The notes under the pieces were generated by a model. The model ran no database searches. It worked only from the letters and a program-made list of their open reading frames with translations, and was not told where the DNA came from. A stretch of DNA of 64,000 nt from a phage: NCBI GenBank assembly GCA_014686985.1, contig GCA_014686985.1_3627.1; one strand, given 5' to 3'. Each line of letters starts with the position of its first letter. Position 1 is the stretch's first letter. The position numbers and the translations under genes are program-made. Below, piece by piece: positions 63,124-64,000 of this stretch.

Positions 63124-63582
63124 ATGCTAAAGGTTAAATGTCAAACAAGGTTCAACCTAAAGCGTTTAGATCGCTTCTACAAAGAACTTGTGAGACTTGA
63201 AAGTAAAACAATAACCTACGGCTTTTATGACGAACCTCACCCGTCAGGCTTAAATATGGCAACATTGGCAGCCATTCACAACTTCGGTTGGAACGGGCTG
63301 CCTGTTCGCAATTTCATGGAGACAGCTTTTGCATTTCACAGCACTCAACTACAGACCTTGACAGAAAAATTGTTGAGAGCTATGGCTAGGGGATCAAGTG
63401 CAGAGGCTATTCTTAAGCAGATGGGGGACACAGGGGCCAAAGCTATCCAGTTTGTTATTGAGGCTGGGCAGTTTAGTAATCCTACTGTTAGCGAGCAGTG
63501 GGCACAAGAGAAAGGCTTCAACGAGGCTATGCGGCATTACGATGTGCTGCTTGAATCTGCAACCTTTAAAATCGGACAGTAA
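63124..63582 (+). CDS. hypothetical protein (152 aa)
   Basis: ATG 63124 after GTGAGGG. Confidence 0.55.
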   Translation: MLKVKCQTRFNLKRLDRFYKELVRLESKTITYGFYDEPHPSGLNMATLAAIHNFGWNGLPVRNFMETAFAFHSTQLQTLTEKLLRAMARGSSAEAILKQMGDTGAKAIQFVIEAGQFSNPTVSEQWAQEKGFNEAMRHYDVLLESATFKIGQ

Positions 63583-63597
63583 AAATAAGGGGGTTGA

Positions 63598-64000
63598 GTG
63601 GCAGCAGGTTATAAGCTGATAGGAAAGAACAGACTAATACCTCGTAAAACATTCAAAGGTCGCCACAGAGTGTATAACAAAACAGTTGGTGGCCCTTTTG
63701 CCAACGAGGGGTTAGAACTTGAGTATGAAGAGTTTGATGTCTTAGAGTGTGTTGTGCAGCCGTTGACAGGAAGGGCAGCTAAAGATTACTCCTCTCAAAT
63801 AAACCCTGAAGGTGACAGACAGTACGAGGCTTTTACAGTTTACTCCTCAACCAAGTTGTATAGTCCGGACGAAGGAACATATGCAATGGCTGACCAAATT
63901 CAGCTGCCTGACATCCGTGGTGACTTGAAATGGTTTACTGTTTTAAAATGCGATGCATATGTTACCTCTGGTGGTGGGAGATATAGATTTTTTGTGGTAG
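63598..64000 (+). CDS. hypothetical protein, 3'-truncated by window end
   Basis: GTG 63598 after AAGGGGG; frame open with no stop to position 64000 (checked codon by codon). Confidence 0.45.
   Translation, partial: MAAGYKLIGKNRLIPRKTFKGRHRVYNKTVGGPFANEGLELEYEEFDVLECVVQPLTGRAAKDYSSQINPEGDRQYEAFTVYSSTKLYSPDEGTYAMADQIQLPDIRGDLKWFTVLKCDAYVTSGGGRYRFFVV

Overview
This window reads as a segment of a virulent tailed-phage (Caudoviricetes) genome, about 40% GC, almost fully coding apart from one 2.5-kb gap. All calls come from reading the sequence and the supplied ORF track by eye; no database search or folding was run, so product names rest on motifs I recognise and on gene order. Layout: (1) 1-9.2 kb, a plus-strand array of about 26 small early-type genes, each with a sigma70-like promoter, a conserved 5' UTR hairpin and a purine-rich leader, including several tiny membrane peptides. 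(2) 9.2-11.76 kb, a non-coding repeat-dense region where the two transcription blocks converge. (3) 11.76-48.5 kb, a minus-strand block of about 75 genes: many small acidic proteins in paralogous families, an HPF/RaiA-like ribosome hibernation factor, two N6-adenine methyltransferases, a ClpP-like protease, PhoH, anaerobic and aerobic ribonucleotide reductases with glutaredoxin, ThyX-like thymidylate synthase, HAD nucleotidase, dNMP kinase, PolB-type exonuclease, Endo VII-like and RuvC-like resolvases, FEN-type 5'-3' exonuclease, HNH protein, lambda-R-type lysozyme, ATP-dependent DNA ligase, MazG-like protein, Sir2-like protein and an RNA-ligase-like protein. (4) 48.6-64 kb, plus strand: P-loop kinase and metallophosphoesterase (with the RNA ligase, a likely tRNA/RNA repair module), an iteron-plus-AT-rich origin-like region, two GC-rich structured non-coding islands, a tRNA array (6 tRNAs plus one atypical tRNA-like element), a spanin pair, a large terminase gene split by a group-I-like intron carrying an Endo VII-type HNH homing endonuclease, then portal, scaffold and major capsid genes. 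Top candidates for follow-up are the intron-split terminase, the RNA repair module beside the tRNA array, the origin-like iterons, the phage-encoded ribosome hibernation factor, and the recurrent dyad-containing promoter/operator element.
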